Below are positions 52,857 through 63,501 of a stretch of DNA of 63,746 bases, piece after piece. Made by a program: the position numbers and the translations under genes. The stretch is from a virus (taxonomy: Duplodnaviria > Caudoviricetes). The stretch is from the IMG/VR virus record IMGVR_UViG_3300007734_000746, positions 1-63,746 of that record; one strand, 5' to 3'. Within the stretch, counting starts at the first letter, position 1. The number at the start of each line of letters is the position of its first letter. The notes under the pieces were generated by a model. It ran no database searches and had not been told where the DNA came from. It saw only the letters and a list, made by a program, of their open reading frames with translations.

Positions 52857-53744
52857 TTATGGACCTAAATCAATACCCAGTTTCTGTAAGAGTGAATTAA
52901 TATCTTTAAAGCCTAAAGCTTCTGCAACTTTGGTTCCGCCACCAAGCATAGCCAAAATATTACCTATATCGCTCATTTGGGCTGGAGTATTTGAAACAGA
53001 AGAAACGGGTAAACCTGTTATCGCATTGCGCATGTAATCCACTTGCTGGTAAGGGAACTGGCGTTGTTTTTCAAATTCAGCCAAATCAGCAGCAACGCCC
53101 TCAGACTCAATGTTGCGCTGAGTTGCACCTGTGCTTGACATCAAATCAGCTAGGGTTTTTGCCTGATTTTGTTCAGTATTAAACTGCCCCATTGCTCTGT
53201 CATAAGCATTAGCGTAGCCCGCACCAACAGTTTTGTTTTGCTCTTGCATCAAGTTACGCTGTGTTTCAGCATCCATAATGGCTTGCCTGCTTCCTCCAAA
53301 CGCACCAGCATTTGCCATCTTCCCGGCGTTTTGCATTTGCGTTATTTGAGATTGCCTGCGCAGTTCTTCTAGTTGCGGGTTTAGAACGGACTGCAAATAT
53401 GGATTCATGTACTGAGCAGCTAATCCTGGCGTACCAGTTGCGTCGCCAACAAGCTTTCCATCATCACCGTAAGTTGGAAGTTTATAAGCGTCAGCAGAAC
53501 TAAAACTTTTACCCAGATTGCTTGGGAAGTTAAGTGACTCTATGCCTTTGAATACTTTATTCTGTATATCAGACGCTCCTGCGGTAAGAGGTCCTTTATA
53601 CGTTTCATAAGGAGTACCAGCTAAAGCTTTGGCTTTACCCAAATAATCCGTAATGTAAGGAGCGGCCCAGTCTGATAAACCTTGAGCGTTTGTGCCGCCA
53701 GCGGTTAAGTTGTTGTCAAGTGTAGAAGGAGAATTGATAGGCAT
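52857..53744 (-). CDS. Putative ejection/pilot protein
   Basis: QYMNPY.Q.V..GAFGGSR motif. Confidence 0.65.
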   Translation of the reverse strand: MPINSPSTLDNNLTAGGTNAQGLSDWAAPYITDYLGKAKALAGTPYETYKGPLTAGASDIQNKVFKGIESLNFPSNLGKSFSSADAYKLPTYGDDGKLVGDATGTPGLAAQYMNPYLQSVLNPQLEELRRQSQITQMQNAGKMANAGAFGGSRQAIMDAETQRNLMQEQNKTVGAGYANAYDRAMGQFNTEQNQAKTLADLMSSTGATQRNIESEGVAADLAEFEKQRQFPYQQVDYMRNAITGLPVSSVSNTPAQMSDIGNILAMLGGGTKVAEALGFKDINSLLQKLGIDLGP

Positions 53745-53753
53745 GATTATTCC

Positions 53754-55610
53754 TTATGCTGGCAAGTACTTTGCTGCCTTTGTATTGGCTGCAACGTTTT
53801 TGGTTTTACGGCGGACTTTTTGGACTCGGTCCATCATCTCATACAAACGCTTAGCGCCTGCATCTGTAGAACCGTTTCCAAGCTCAGAAACAATTCTTGC
53901 TGGTATAACAAACTCGCCGTTAGCTAAACGGGCAGGTTGTTTTTTACCAATTATGGCAGGAATTGAGTCAGAAACACCATCCCCTGGTCCTTGAAGCAAC
54001 CTTCCGCCATCGGAGTAACTTCCTAAGCCGCCAAGCGACATTAGGCCGCCGCCAGCAGCTTTTGGGGTATAGGTGGTGGGAGAGAAGTAGGTAACCCCAC
54101 CCTGCCCAGGCCGGTAAGGCGTATTTGGGTTTATCCCTTTTTTATTTACATCGTATGGAAGTTGAGTCCTTGTGGCTGTAAGCTCTGGGATGGTGGCCGT
54201 GCTGGCCGCTGGCGCGTTGCTTCCCTTGTTCATCATGGACATTAAAGCCAGCAAACCTAATGTTCCGCCAAAGCCTATTCCTGATCCTGTGCTAGATTTA
54301 CCAGTTAACGCACCTTTTGCCTTATCCAGTAAATCTGTTATACCACTCTTTGAGCCAGCAACAGTAGTTCCAGCAGCGGCAGCTAGCTCTGCTGGAGTTA
54401 ACATGCCTTCAGCCGCCGCTTTTGCGCCAGCAGAACCAGGGCCAAGTCCAGAAGCAATAGCTTCTTTTAAAGATGTTGATTTAATAACATCTGTTCCACC
54501 TGGACCGTTACCTGCCCCGGCTTTTGCAGATCCTCCAGCATCAATGTAATCTTGCGCCCCTTGTTTGGCCATTTCTACCAAAGCTGGAGTAGCGCCTTCT
54601 GTTACTACACCCGAAGCAGCGGCCAATTCAGCAGGTGTTAAAGCTCCGGTAGCGGCACCAGTAGCACCAGCAGATCCCGGAGTAAATGTGCCAGAAGCTA
54701 CCATTTCGTTTAAAGAAGTAGTAGCGCCTGGCAAAGAAGCTACTTCTGAAGCCGGTAATGCTGCGAGTTCAGTACCCAATGATCCAATCCCACCAGCAGC
54801 AGCCAATTCTGCTCCCGTCAATGCGCCTGATGCAGCCCCTAGGGCACCAGCAGATCCCGGAGTAAATGTACCAGCGGCAATCATTTCCGGGGAAAATGCA
54901 GCCGCAGTACCCAACGAGCCAATCCCAGTTGCCGCACCTGGCAATGACGCCAATTGAGCGCCAGTCAAAGCTCCTTCTGCTGCGCCTAATGTGCCAGCTC
55001 CAGCGGCAGTAGCACCTGCACCACCAGCCAACATTGGCAAAAGATAATTTGCACCAAAAGCAGTTAACGCTAATGGCGCAAGGTCTTTGATTAGAGTGCC
55101 TAAATTTTGCCTGTCAACAATAGACGTTTGTTTTCCGCTAGTATCAAAATTAACGTACTGGCTTTTCCCGTTATCGTAACGGTAACCGATTGGTGCGCCG
55201 TATTCTTGCGTAACTGTTCCTCGACCATGAGCTGTTTCTCCAACTGCATAAACAGGCTCAAGTTCTCCGCCTACTTGTTTTTCAATTGCAAGAATTTCTG
55301 GGGGTTTTGGAACCGATATTTTTCCAGCTCTAACAGTTTCTGGATCTGGCTCGTACCCAATAATTTTATTGTTTCCTTGTCTATCAATCGAATAAATTGG
55401 TTTTCCTAAATCTTTAACTTTAGGAACTTTTGCAGAGATGCCAGCGCCCACTGATTCAGCGTTTATAGCAGAAGCAACGTTGGCAGGTAAATCAGCAATT
55501 CCGCCACTAATAGAAGTAGGCGTTAATTGTTTTTCTCTAATAAATTGTTTGCCGTCACTTTTTTCATCTATAAGATCTAAATCATTTTGATCAATGTATT
55601 TTTTTGTCAT
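53754..55610 (-). CDS. Putative ejection protein, Gly/Ala-rich
   Basis: GTFTPGSAGA repeats; C-terminal GPGDGVSDSIPA..ARLA.GEFVIPA. Confidence 0.6.
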   Translation of the reverse strand: MTKKYIDQNDLDLIDEKSDGKQFIREKQLTPTSISGGIADLPANVASAINAESVGAGISAKVPKVKDLGKPIYSIDRQGNNKIIGYEPDPETVRAGKISVPKPPEILAIEKQVGGELEPVYAVGETAHGRGTVTQEYGAPIGYRYDNGKSQYVNFDTSGKQTSIVDRQNLGTLIKDLAPLALTAFGANYLLPMLAGGAGATAAGAGTLGAAEGALTGAQLASLPGAATGIGSLGTAAAFSPEMIAAGTFTPGSAGALGAASGALTGAELAAAGGIGSLGTELAALPASEVASLPGATTSLNEMVASGTFTPGSAGATGAATGALTPAELAAASGVVTEGATPALVEMAKQGAQDYIDAGGSAKAGAGNGPGGTDVIKSTSLKEAIASGLGPGSAGAKAAAEGMLTPAELAAAAGTTVAGSKSGITDLLDKAKGALTGKSSTGSGIGFGGTLGLLALMSMMNKGSNAPAASTATIPELTATRTQLPYDVNKKGINPNTPYRPGQGGVTYFSPTTYTPKAAGGGLMSLGGLGSYSDGGRLLQGPGDGVSDSIPAIIGKKQPARLANGEFVIPARIVSELGNGSTDAGAKRLYEMMDRVQKVRRKTKNVAANTKAAKYLPA

Positions 55611-55622
55611 AATTAAAATTCC

Positions 55623-56282
55623 TTAAGGTAAGGCTGATACAAATGTCATTGTGGCTACCACAGACTGTGTTGCCGGTCGTGTTGGGCCGGTTGAAGCTGG
55701 GTAATATTGAATGGTCACAGAATTAAGCGTGGTTGACCAGTAAATTTCTATGTAGTCGTTAGCCGCCATACTGACATAGTAGTTCCACCCAATAATCTCA
55801 TGGGCTTCTTCACCGGCTGACGCGCTTTTTCTTGCTGGAATAGAAACAAAGCCCGTTGAACCTGTAATGTCTGTTCCATTTTGGCGCAACCAAATGCTGA
55901 TGTCTTGAATGGCGTTATCTGTGTTTTGGAACTGGGCACTAAATTGCAGGTTGTATATACCGGCATTAGCTACCGTTATCTTGGAAGAGTTAATTGACAC
56001 GCCATTGGCAAAATCCGTTGTGTTCAACGTCATCAGCGTGGCTGTATTTGCCGTAGTGCTTTGATCTTGATCGCTGGAAAAAGCGCCATATGGAAACCGT
56101 ACCCCAGCAATACCGCCCGAAGTTGATAACTGCCCAAGAATATTGTCAAGCTGGTTAAAGTACAGGCGCAGGACGTTATTCAACTGGTTGATGTAGTTCT
56201 CGTCGTACTGCTTGGTAGCCGCAGGCAAGCGCGGCGCAACCACCCGGTTAAGCTCGTACTGGGAAGTAACAACGTAGCTCAT
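55623..56282 (-). CDS. Tail-associated protein with beta-sandwich (C1q-like) C-terminus
   Basis: LRLYFNQLD coil, then YGAF..G.YNLQFSAQ. Confidence 0.6.
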   Translation of the reverse strand: MSYVVTSQYELNRVVAPRLPAATKQYDENYINQLNNVLRLYFNQLDNILGQLSTSGGIAGVRFPYGAFSSDQDQSTTANTATLMTLNTTDFANGVSINSSKITVANAGIYNLQFSAQFQNTDNAIQDISIWLRQNGTDITGSTGFVSIPARKSASAGEEAHEIIGWNYYVSMAANDYIEIYWSTTLNSVTIQYYPASTGPTRPATQSVVATMTFVSALP

Positions 56283-58360
56283 CGACGCCCATCCGGTCGA
56301 ATGTCAATACGGGGCGCACCAAGCTGCCACTGCGTACCAATAGTGTTAGATGTGATTTTCATCTGCATCTGGCGACCACGAATCCTGATGTAAACCTGAC
56401 CTGTGTACTCATCAACATTGATGACTGAAGGAGCGGTTCCGTTATACGTTACTCCCGCATTACCAGACTGCGTAATACCAGAACCGGAGTTATTTAGCCC
56501 TTGCAAGTACATAGTGACCGCTGGTGTTGTTCCCCCCGTTGATCCCCGGAAAGTCAAGTCTGGAATCATGCGGTACACAAAGGCAAAATTGTGGCCGTCC
56601 CCGATGTCGTACTGGGCCGAAGTTATGCTTGCCTCAATGGGTAACGTGGTTGCTGTTTCGTTGTCATCCACGCCGTACTCATGCTGTACGATGTTGTAGC
56701 TGTAAGTGGCAGCAAGTGGATATTGCCGCAAACCTGTATCCAGCCAAGCTGTACGAGCCATTGAGCCATACTGCCAAATATCTTCAGCGTAGTTGTAAAT
56801 AACGTATTTGTCTATTGTGTTGCTGTTTGCTGAACAGTAAAAAAACCAGACTTCGTTAAAGCCTTCGTTAGTGCTTGCAAATATTTGGTCATACTGCAAA
56901 GGATTAATATCGCTGTAAATATACTGACGCAAGTCACAGCGAAGCGTTTGAACCCTACCATCGTATTTGTAGAACTTGTCTACGCCCATCCAGTAAGTAA
57001 TACCCGAAGCCATAGCCGCCGCATTAGGGCCAGCAATAGATATGTTGTCTGCAAGAAGTTGCGTACTCCAAACATACGGAGGCCCGAGGTACTGCAACGA
57101 GTACAACGCTTGGTCAGTCCAGACCACGATTTCTTGACGGCTTTGCAATGTTGTGACAATTTTGGAGCCATGCGATAAACGCACGCTGCCTGCTTGATTG
57201 GTAACCGCCGGGTACCACGTAGTCAATGACTCCTGATCTGACCAGCGGATCAGCATTGGGTCAAGCGTGGTGCTTCCATAATCATTTGTACCAAACACAA
57301 GCAAAAACCGACTTGCGTCAGACACAGTAAGGGTGTTTTGGTACAGCGGGCAGTAACCATCAGAACCGGGAAGCTGCGACAACAACATCCCGCGTTGAGA
57401 AATATACTGTACGCCCGATTGAGTACCGGATGTGTTAATTGACGCCCCGCCGGAAGTGGCGGCAAGGTTGTAAGTCGTAGCAGTAATGTACTTGACGTAG
57501 TAAGTAACACCCGGCAATAAACCAGTAGGTAGTGCGCCCGTGGTAGTGAATGTAATAGGTGTTCCGTCTGCAAGGGTTGTTGTAGTTGTCATTACGCAAG
57601 GAGAAGCAATGGATAGCGTAACAACTATTCCTCCAGCGTTACTTATACCAATGGTTGCATCCCAGTAATACATAGGCCCGCCGCGAGGGCCATACACCAA
57701 GTTTTGCCCCCAGTTAATTTGGCTCCAAATACGAAGAGCATCCGTAGAAGAAGTTCCAATACCCCACGCACCCGACCCCCACATACTTGCCCCCCAGCCA
57801 GAAAGAGGGACTGTGTAGGACGGCCCAGTATTAATTTGATAAACAGCATAGACTGTCCCGCCCCCAGTAGCGGCGGTGGCGGCTGCGGAAATAGTGATGT
57901 TGTATGTATTTACCGTTAAAAGCGTTATTTGGTACTCACCAACAATAGTCTGCCCGCCAACAGAAGTACCGCCATAGAAGGTTACAAAATCCCCATTAAG
58001 AGCGCCATGCCCCGCATCAGTAACAAGCACTGTTGTGGTGCCGTTAGTAGTAAATGGGTTAGTCAGCGTGTGTTCTGCGCGAATTGGGGTAATGTCGTAA
58101 TAAGCACCGCCGTTTTCAATATAAAACTTGTAGTTCGTGCCAACGCCAAGTAGGTTTTGTGCGCTAAGCGTTACCCAGTTCCATAGTGATCGACATAAAC
58201 CTAAAAACGTATTGGCAGAAATACGTTGCCAGCCACCAATTTTTTCGGGCGTGCCTTGGCGAAACCGAACTTTGTCGGACTCATACCAGCCCCCCTCGTT
58301 GGTGTACCGAGTGTTTTCCCGGTTAACCCCCGGCTTGAGCAGCAGTTTTTGTAGAGGCAT
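56279..58360 (-). CDS. Packaged-DNA stabilisation protein / tail nozzle (P22 gp10-like)
   Basis: 693 aa, VRFR.G.PEKIGGW..IRWSDQE..PDGRR. Confidence 0.75.
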   Translation of the reverse strand: MPLQKLLLKPGVNRENTRYTNEGGWYESDKVRFRQGTPEKIGGWQRISANTFLGLCRSLWNWVTLSAQNLLGVGTNYKFYIENGGAYYDITPIRAEHTLTNPFTTNGTTTVLVTDAGHGALNGDFVTFYGGTSVGGQTIVGEYQITLLTVNTYNITISAAATAATGGGTVYAVYQINTGPSYTVPLSGWGASMWGSGAWGIGTSSTDALRIWSQINWGQNLVYGPRGGPMYYWDATIGISNAGGIVVTLSIASPCVMTTTTTLADGTPITFTTTGALPTGLLPGVTYYVKYITATTYNLAATSGGASINTSGTQSGVQYISQRGMLLSQLPGSDGYCPLYQNTLTVSDASRFLLVFGTNDYGSTTLDPMLIRWSDQESLTTWYPAVTNQAGSVRLSHGSKIVTTLQSRQEIVVWTDQALYSLQYLGPPYVWSTQLLADNISIAGPNAAAMASGITYWMGVDKFYKYDGRVQTLRCDLRQYIYSDINPLQYDQIFASTNEGFNEVWFFYCSANSNTIDKYVIYNYAEDIWQYGSMARTAWLDTGLRQYPLAATYSYNIVQHEYGVDDNETATTLPIEASITSAQYDIGDGHNFAFVYRMIPDLTFRGSTGGTTPAVTMYLQGLNNSGSGITQSGNAGVTYNGTAPSVINVDEYTGQVYIRIRGRQMQMKITSNTIGTQWQLGAPRIDIRPDGRR

Positions 58361-58369
58361 TGTGTGTCC

Positions 58370-58708
58370 TTACACATTTCTTTCAAAATGCGGGCAATCG
58401 ACCAGCGACTTGAAGTTGCCGCCCCATCGGTTTTTGGGGTTTAATGACTCCCAGTACGCGCCCAAGAGGGCCAAAACCCCCTTATCCCAAATTATCTTCC
58501 CGTCTTTAAAGAAGTTCAAGTCAATGGCGCACCTTTTAAGGTGGATGGACTGCATGGTTTTGGAACGCCCGGTTTTGAAGTAGATGGCTTGCTGCTCAGG
58601 CGTGCGGGCTAGTTCCCCACCAGTGACCACAAAACCCTGCTCTGTGGCGTATTGGATGAGTTTGCACATGTCCAGCAAGAATGCTGCCTGCTCTTGATTT
58701 AGGCTCAT
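58370..58708 (-). CDS. Endolysin, M15 (L-Ala-D-Glu) peptidase
   Basis: RT.EQQ, S.HLKR.AIDL, RWGGNF...D.PHFE motifs. Confidence 0.9.
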   Translation of the reverse strand: MSLNQEQAAFLLDMCKLIQYATEQGFVVTGGELARTPEQQAIYFKTGRSKTMQSIHLKRCAIDLNFFKDGKIIWDKGVLALLGAYWESLNPKNRWGGNFKSLVDCPHFERNV

Positions 58709-59217
58709 TTTGCACTCCTTATGTCTGCCAGCTTCTCAATCGTCCTGCCACCAAAATAAGCGCCCATGATAAGCATACCCCAGTTTCCAAGCAGGGTCAC
58801 ATAAGACTGGTTGGCGTTCAAGCCAAAGGCGGACATCATGGCGAAAAGGAAGTAGCCCATGAAAATGGCTACAAGGCTCAAGGGACGAATGTTTTTGGAT
58901 AGCCAAGAGTCAGCCCCCATGTCGGCCTTCCACCGCTCAGACACGTTATTGTCCTCGTTTTGCGCAGCCGCAGCAAATACCTTGAGGGTTTCCAAATCCT
59001 GTTTGGCTTTTTCAATCCCTAGTTCCAACAAACGTTCCTCGTGGTCGTACTGAAGCTGGCGCAGCTTGGCCACATCTTCAGGGGTAGGAGCATCGGGGAT
59101 TTTTATGCCAAGGGTGTTTTCAACAACTTCCTTGCCTTTGGCTTGCAGCGCAGAGGACAAAAGACCAAGGCCGTTTTCAGCAAGAGTGCCAAGCAGCGAA
59201 GCGACAATCGGTATCAT
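58705..59217 (-). CDS. Holin (3TM, GTA-holin-like)
   Basis: Start MIPIV at 59217; RWKADM..DSWLSKNIRP, TM helices, AYFGGRT.EK. Confidence 0.75.
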   Translation of the reverse strand: MIPIVASLLGTLAENGLGLLSSALQAKGKEVVENTLGIKIPDAPTPEDVAKLRQLQYDHEERLLELGIEKAKQDLETLKVFAAAAQNEDNNVSERWKADMGADSWLSKNIRPLSLVAIFMGYFLFAMMSAFGLNANQSYVTLLGNWGMLIMGAYFGGRTIEKLADIRSAK

Positions 59218-59687
59218 GTTTTCTCCATTAAAAGCGTTAACCACCAAGCGGACATGCCGAGCAAAAGAAGGACAAGTGCTGCGGCAATAAGCCAAGTAAT
59301 CAGGTCTTCAATTTCTTCCTTGCGTTTTTGCGCGTTTTTTTCTGCCAGTATCTCTTCTGTCTTGCGCTTTTGGATAATGTTATTGCGCTCTACCAAAAGC
59401 TGCTGCCACAAATCCGCATGCCCACTCATTACCATCCAGTTGTTTAACTCCCGCTCGGCATCGTTAAGCGCCTTGGCGTGCATCACTATCTCAAATGCCG
59501 CCGCCGTATCTGATTTTGCAAAACTGGACTTAGGCTTGGATGCGGCTTTCTGCACCACATCTTTTGCCTCAAAAAACTTCATCATCTCCCCGCCAATGGC
59601 GTGGATGTCTTTGCCCATTTTGATTGCTGCCTGCACCCCTTTTATCGCGGCTTGGGCAGTCGCAAAGGCGGTTACAGGGTCAATCAT
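59214..59687 (-). CDS. Coiled-coil membrane protein of the lysis region
   Basis: MIDPVTA.A.A; C-terminal TM helix. Confidence 0.6.
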   Translation of the reverse strand: MIDPVTAFATAQAAIKGVQAAIKMGKDIHAIGGEMMKFFEAKDVVQKAASKPKSSFAKSDTAAAFEIVMHAKALNDAERELNNWMVMSGHADLWQQLLVERNNIIQKRKTEEILAEKNAQKRKEEIEDLITWLIAAALVLLLLGMSAWWLTLLMEKT

Positions 59688-59704
59688 TTTTATTTAGGTT
59701 AACG

Positions 59705-59956
59705 TTACCCCAAAACTGCGCGTAAGGGGGATAAATCCTCAACAGTCCAAAAAGGCTTATCAAGCATTATTTTGATGTGAGCCTTGTTGCGCTCAACAGC
59801 ATCTGCCCAATCCGCATCGGTCATTTGCTCTGACTTTCCGTTGTTGATGTAGGCAACAGACGCCATTGCACCTTCGTATAGACGCGCAATTTCCTCGACA
59901 GAAGGCGTCGGTATTTCTTGCTGTACTGGGTTTGGTACTCTTAAATCTTCAGTCAT
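59705..59956 (-). CDS. Tail-fibre-associated small protein
   Basis: RN.AH..IML.K.FWT.EDL; follows the fibre gene. Confidence 0.55.
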   Translation of the reverse strand: MTEDLRVPNPVQQEIPTPSVEEIARLYEGAMASVAYINNGKSEQMTDADWADAVERNKAHIKIMLDKPFWTVEDLSPLRAVLG

Positions 59957-59970
59957 GTTTAATCCTTTAA

Positions 59971-62253
59971 TTAGATACGGTACATCACAAAAGTGTTTGC
60001 TGCGGTCTTTCTTACCCTGTATGTAGCCGAAGTTCCAGTGCTTATCCCCATAGACCCAAGGGATGTAATACCGGTGTTAACTGTTATACCAATCGTCCCA
60101 GACGCAGTATTTACAATGCTAAAGTTAAACGCAAAATCTGTGGGGCAACCTACCAGAGCCGTATCCAAAGAAGTGCCAAGTGGCATTGTCACGTTGTAAG
60201 TGGTTCCAGTAGTGTTTATCAACCCACCTAGCACTTGTGCGCCCGTTAAAGTAACGGCAGAGCTAATGCTTGCTGGAGCGCCTTGAGCAGTAAGGCTGAC
60301 ACCAGAAGAATTAAACACTTGGCGTATGTTGCTCTGCCCGTCAGCAAAAACAACAAAGTTACTGGCGGTGCGGATATCTAAACCGCCGCTATTGCCTGTG
60401 TATGGCCCTATAACAACATTGTACTGACCGGTTGTTATGGCGTATCCAGCAGCGGTAGATGCGGTGCTACTAGACCCAATCAATACGTTTTGAGAACCAG
60501 TAGTAAGACTGTAACCAGCACTTGCACCAATAACAGTGTTGTACGCACCAGTAGTAAGAGTATTAAAAACGGCTCGATAACCAATGACGGTGTTGTACCC
60601 ACCAGTGTTGCTTGCTGGAGTAGCAGAACCATACAAAGACTGATAGCCAATAGAAGTATTCCCGTCAGCCCTCATATAATATTGAGCTTGAGAGCCAATA
60701 GACGTGATGTTTGAATTTGTTTGGTTGTTATATAGACTGTTTAACCCAAGCGCAGTATTATCGCTGCCTGTCGTACCGCTATAAGCTGCGCCGGAACCAA
60801 TAAACGTATTATTTGTTCCACTAGTAGTGCTGTATCCAGCTACAGTACCGACCGCTGTATTATAACTGGCTGTATTGGAAAACAGGGATTGGTGCCCTAC
60901 AGCGGTAATATTAAAGCTGTTACTGTTAACAGCATTTCCGTAATTTGCTTGATAACCAATAACGGTGTTTTGAGAACCGTAGTTATATTGTGATGCCTGA
61001 TACCCAATCGCCACGGTGCTGTTAGTTTGATAAAAACCACCGAATGCACCTGCTTGGTAGCCAATAACTACGCTGTAGTCCGCATTTTTTAAGTAGTACC
61101 CTGCTGAATACCCTACTGCAACCGCCCCCGTAGGGCCAACGCTTGCTGACGCATTTAAGGCGTAAGCACCAAGGACTGTGTTGTAAGATGCTGAACTCTG
61201 TAACCCGTACCCTGTATCAGGCCCTAAAAAAGTATTACTAATTCCCGTTGTAATAGGATTACCAGCCCTGTATCCTATTGCTGTGTTACTACTACCTGTT
61301 GAGTTAGACGGTAATACGCTATTGCCTAAAACTGTATTAGTCGATATAGCACCTGCGCCACGACCCACGCGAACACCATAGACTTGTGCATCGCTATTAG
61401 CCACATCCAGCTTGTAACTCGGCGCACTTGTCCCAATCCCCACGTTGCCGCTGGAGTCGATACGCATACGCTCGGTGCCGCTAGTGGCAAAGCCAACTGG
61501 GTATGCGCTGACAGTACCAAATACTGCCTCATAAGCCGCTGTACCCGTAAACAAAGACCCGCCAGCGCTACTTTCAACACCAAGATAAGTAAAGCCACCA
61601 GTGTTGTTTAAGAAATGTGCAACGTAGTTTGTCCCCGTGGTAGATTTCAGTTGTGTGGATGCAGTTGCGCCCTGCACATCCAGCTTGTAACTCGGCGAAC
61701 TTGTTCCTATTCCCACGTTGCCGCTGGAGTCTTTGTAAATTTGGTTTGTGCCAATGGCAATAACACCAGTGGAGCCTGTTAATGTCCCGGTGTATGTCAG
61801 GTTTGTGAACGTGCCTGCGCCACCCGGTGCGTTTGATAGCTTGGCGTAGTCTGAGCCATTCCAATAAATATGGGCGCTCTCGCCGTTGACCATCGTAACG
61901 CCGGTGGTTGCTGCGCCCTTGACAGTCAACGCAAATCCGCCAGTGGTATTGTTGTTGATGACGTATTGACGGCTGCTGCTAGGCAAAATCAAGTTACGCG
62001 CTGCGGTCATTGCCCCACTAATGTTTAATATGGCGTACTGCGCAGTAGTCGAGCCGATGTTAGTGGCGGAACTTGTTCCTTGTGTAAGCGATAGCGTAAC
62101 GTCAGTCGTAGTAATAGTTATTGCCAAACCGCCCGCAATAGCAATGTCCAAGTAAGATGTAACGCTGTTGTTTACATCATCGCCCCATGTACCGGACTCC
62201 GTGCCGGTTACCGGCTGCCCAAGAGCTAGATTGGTGGTGTAATTGACTGTCAT
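59971..62253 (-). CDS. Tail fibre / receptor-binding protein with NTAIGYQA beta-roll repeats
   Basis: GTESGTWG N-terminus, GNVGIGT modules, many N(T/S)xxGYxA repeats. Confidence 0.85.
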   Translation of the reverse strand: MTVNYTTNLALGQPVTGTESGTWGDDVNNSVTSYLDIAIAGGLAITITTTDVTLSLTQGTSSATNIGSTTAQYAILNISGAMTAARNLILPSSSRQYVINNNTTGGFALTVKGAATTGVTMVNGESAHIYWNGSDYAKLSNAPGGAGTFTNLTYTGTLTGSTGVIAIGTNQIYKDSSGNVGIGTSSPSYKLDVQGATASTQLKSTTGTNYVAHFLNNTGGFTYLGVESSAGGSLFTGTAAYEAVFGTVSAYPVGFATSGTERMRIDSSGNVGIGTSAPSYKLDVANSDAQVYGVRVGRGAGAISTNTVLGNSVLPSNSTGSSNTAIGYRAGNPITTGISNTFLGPDTGYGLQSSASYNTVLGAYALNASASVGPTGAVAVGYSAGYYLKNADYSVVIGYQAGAFGGFYQTNSTVAIGYQASQYNYGSQNTVIGYQANYGNAVNSNSFNITAVGHQSLFSNTASYNTAVGTVAGYSTTSGTNNTFIGSGAAYSGTTGSDNTALGLNSLYNNQTNSNITSIGSQAQYYMRADGNTSIGYQSLYGSATPASNTGGYNTVIGYRAVFNTLTTGAYNTVIGASAGYSLTTGSQNVLIGSSSTASTAAGYAITTGQYNVVIGPYTGNSGGLDIRTASNFVVFADGQSNIRQVFNSSGVSLTAQGAPASISSAVTLTGAQVLGGLINTTGTTYNVTMPLGTSLDTALVGCPTDFAFNFSIVNTASGTIGITVNTGITSLGSMGISTGTSATYRVRKTAANTFVMYRI
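61403..61730. repeat. Two ~55-bp copies encoding DSSGNVGIGTSxPSYKLDV
   Basis: About 61403-61459 and 61675-61731, nearly identical. Confidence 0.8.
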
Positions 62254-62262
62254 TTTTTACCC

Positions 62263-62433
62263 CTAAGTGGTAGTCGAAAACCAAGAATATGCCGGATAAG
62301 CAACCCCGTAATTTATAACTGGATCAATTGCAACTTGCAAAAATTTTTGCACAGTAACAGTGTTGTACGCAATTACTTGCACTGGATTGTTATTGGTTGG
62401 GTCATTGTAGACCCCGTATGTTAGAGCAGCCAT
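62263..62433 (-). CDS. 56-aa protein
   Basis: MAALTYGVYNDP...WFSTTT, translated by hand; fills the gap in the operon. Confidence 0.5.
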   Translation of the reverse strand: MAALTYGVYNDPTNNNPVQVIAYNTVTVQKFLQVAIDPVINYGVAYPAYSWFSTTT

Positions 62434-62434
62434 A

Positions 62435-63499
62435 TTAAGAAGTTTGTGCTAAAAAACCCACCATTGGGCCACTGTTAAAAAACAAGTAAGTGTTACCGTT
62501 TACTAACACTGTATCTCCAGAATTTCCAAGTCCAGCTTTTGTCCAGTATGCGTTATACACGCCAGTCACATACATTGTTGGGTAACCATATTGTCCGGGT
62601 TGAACATAGATTGGACTTACCTGATATTTGGGAAGACCTGCTGCATCAATACTATTTGCACGCATAAGTGTGCCGCCAGAACACAACCAGTTTTGTGAGT
62701 TGGTGTTTGTAACGCCACCACCGTTAACCGCTTCAACTGGCCCATAGACTGTTCCTGTATTTACATCAGTAATGTTCATCACACAACTTGCAAATACATT
62801 CGCGGTTTGCGTTGAGCCTGTTTGTGGGATCACGGATGTGTATACACCCGTTTTTCCACTGGAAGCACCGGAGCAATCTCCATTTTGCCAAACAACTACT
62901 GGCGCGGTTCCATAAAAACGATGTGGGTCGGTCATAGACGTTTCCCAAACACCCATCAATCCTAGATTTTCGGCAATTAACGTGATGCCTCTTGCCGTAG
63001 CAACCAAATGGATTGTTGCACCTGCACCAAACAGCATTGCTGTTCTGTTGACAGTTGTAAGAACCGTGTTAGCTGAGTAAATGCGTATTCCCTCATTTGT
63101 AGCTACACCAAGCGAAGTAACAGACCTTGCAGCGGTCATGTTTATGTATTGATTCGTGGTAGTAGCGGCTCCACCATTAGGAACAGCAGGAGAAAAAGTT
63201 GCGTATTTAAGCGTAGCGCCTTCAATGCAAGGTGCAGAAATTGCCCATAAAGATGGTGTAGCTAAACCACCGTTGTAATCAGATACAGACGTTGATGGTG
63301 CAGCGCCTTGGTCAGCCGCTACGGTACTTCCGACATAAGTCCAACCAGCAGGAGTTGCATCTACAACAACTGATGTAGATGCGTTAAACGCGGTCAACAA
63401 AGATGTCGATGGAGTAGCAGAAGTAAGCAAGCGAATAATGTCGCGTATGTAGTACCAAGACGCGGATGCTGTTGCAGGGGTGACAAGTTTTACGTACAT
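62435..63499 (-). CDS. Putative tail/virion protein
   Basis: 354 aa, Thr-rich, beta-rich; ends GDTV.VNG.TY. Confidence 0.6.
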   Translation of the reverse strand: MYVKLVTPATASASWYYIRDIIRLLTSATPSTSLLTAFNASTSVVVDATPAGWTYVGSTVAADQGAAPSTSVSDYNGGLATPSLWAISAPCIEGATLKYATFSPAVPNGGAATTTNQYINMTAARSVTSLGVATNEGIRIYSANTVLTTVNRTAMLFGAGATIHLVATARGITLIAENLGLMGVWETSMTDPHRFYGTAPVVVWQNGDCSGASSGKTGVYTSVIPQTGSTQTANVFASCVMNITDVNTGTVYGPVEAVNGGGVTNTNSQNWLCSGGTLMRANSIDAAGLPKYQVSPIYVQPGQYGYPTMYVTGVYNAYWTKAGLGNSGDTVLVNGNTYLFFNSGPMVGFLAQTS

Positions 63500-63501
63500 T
63501 T

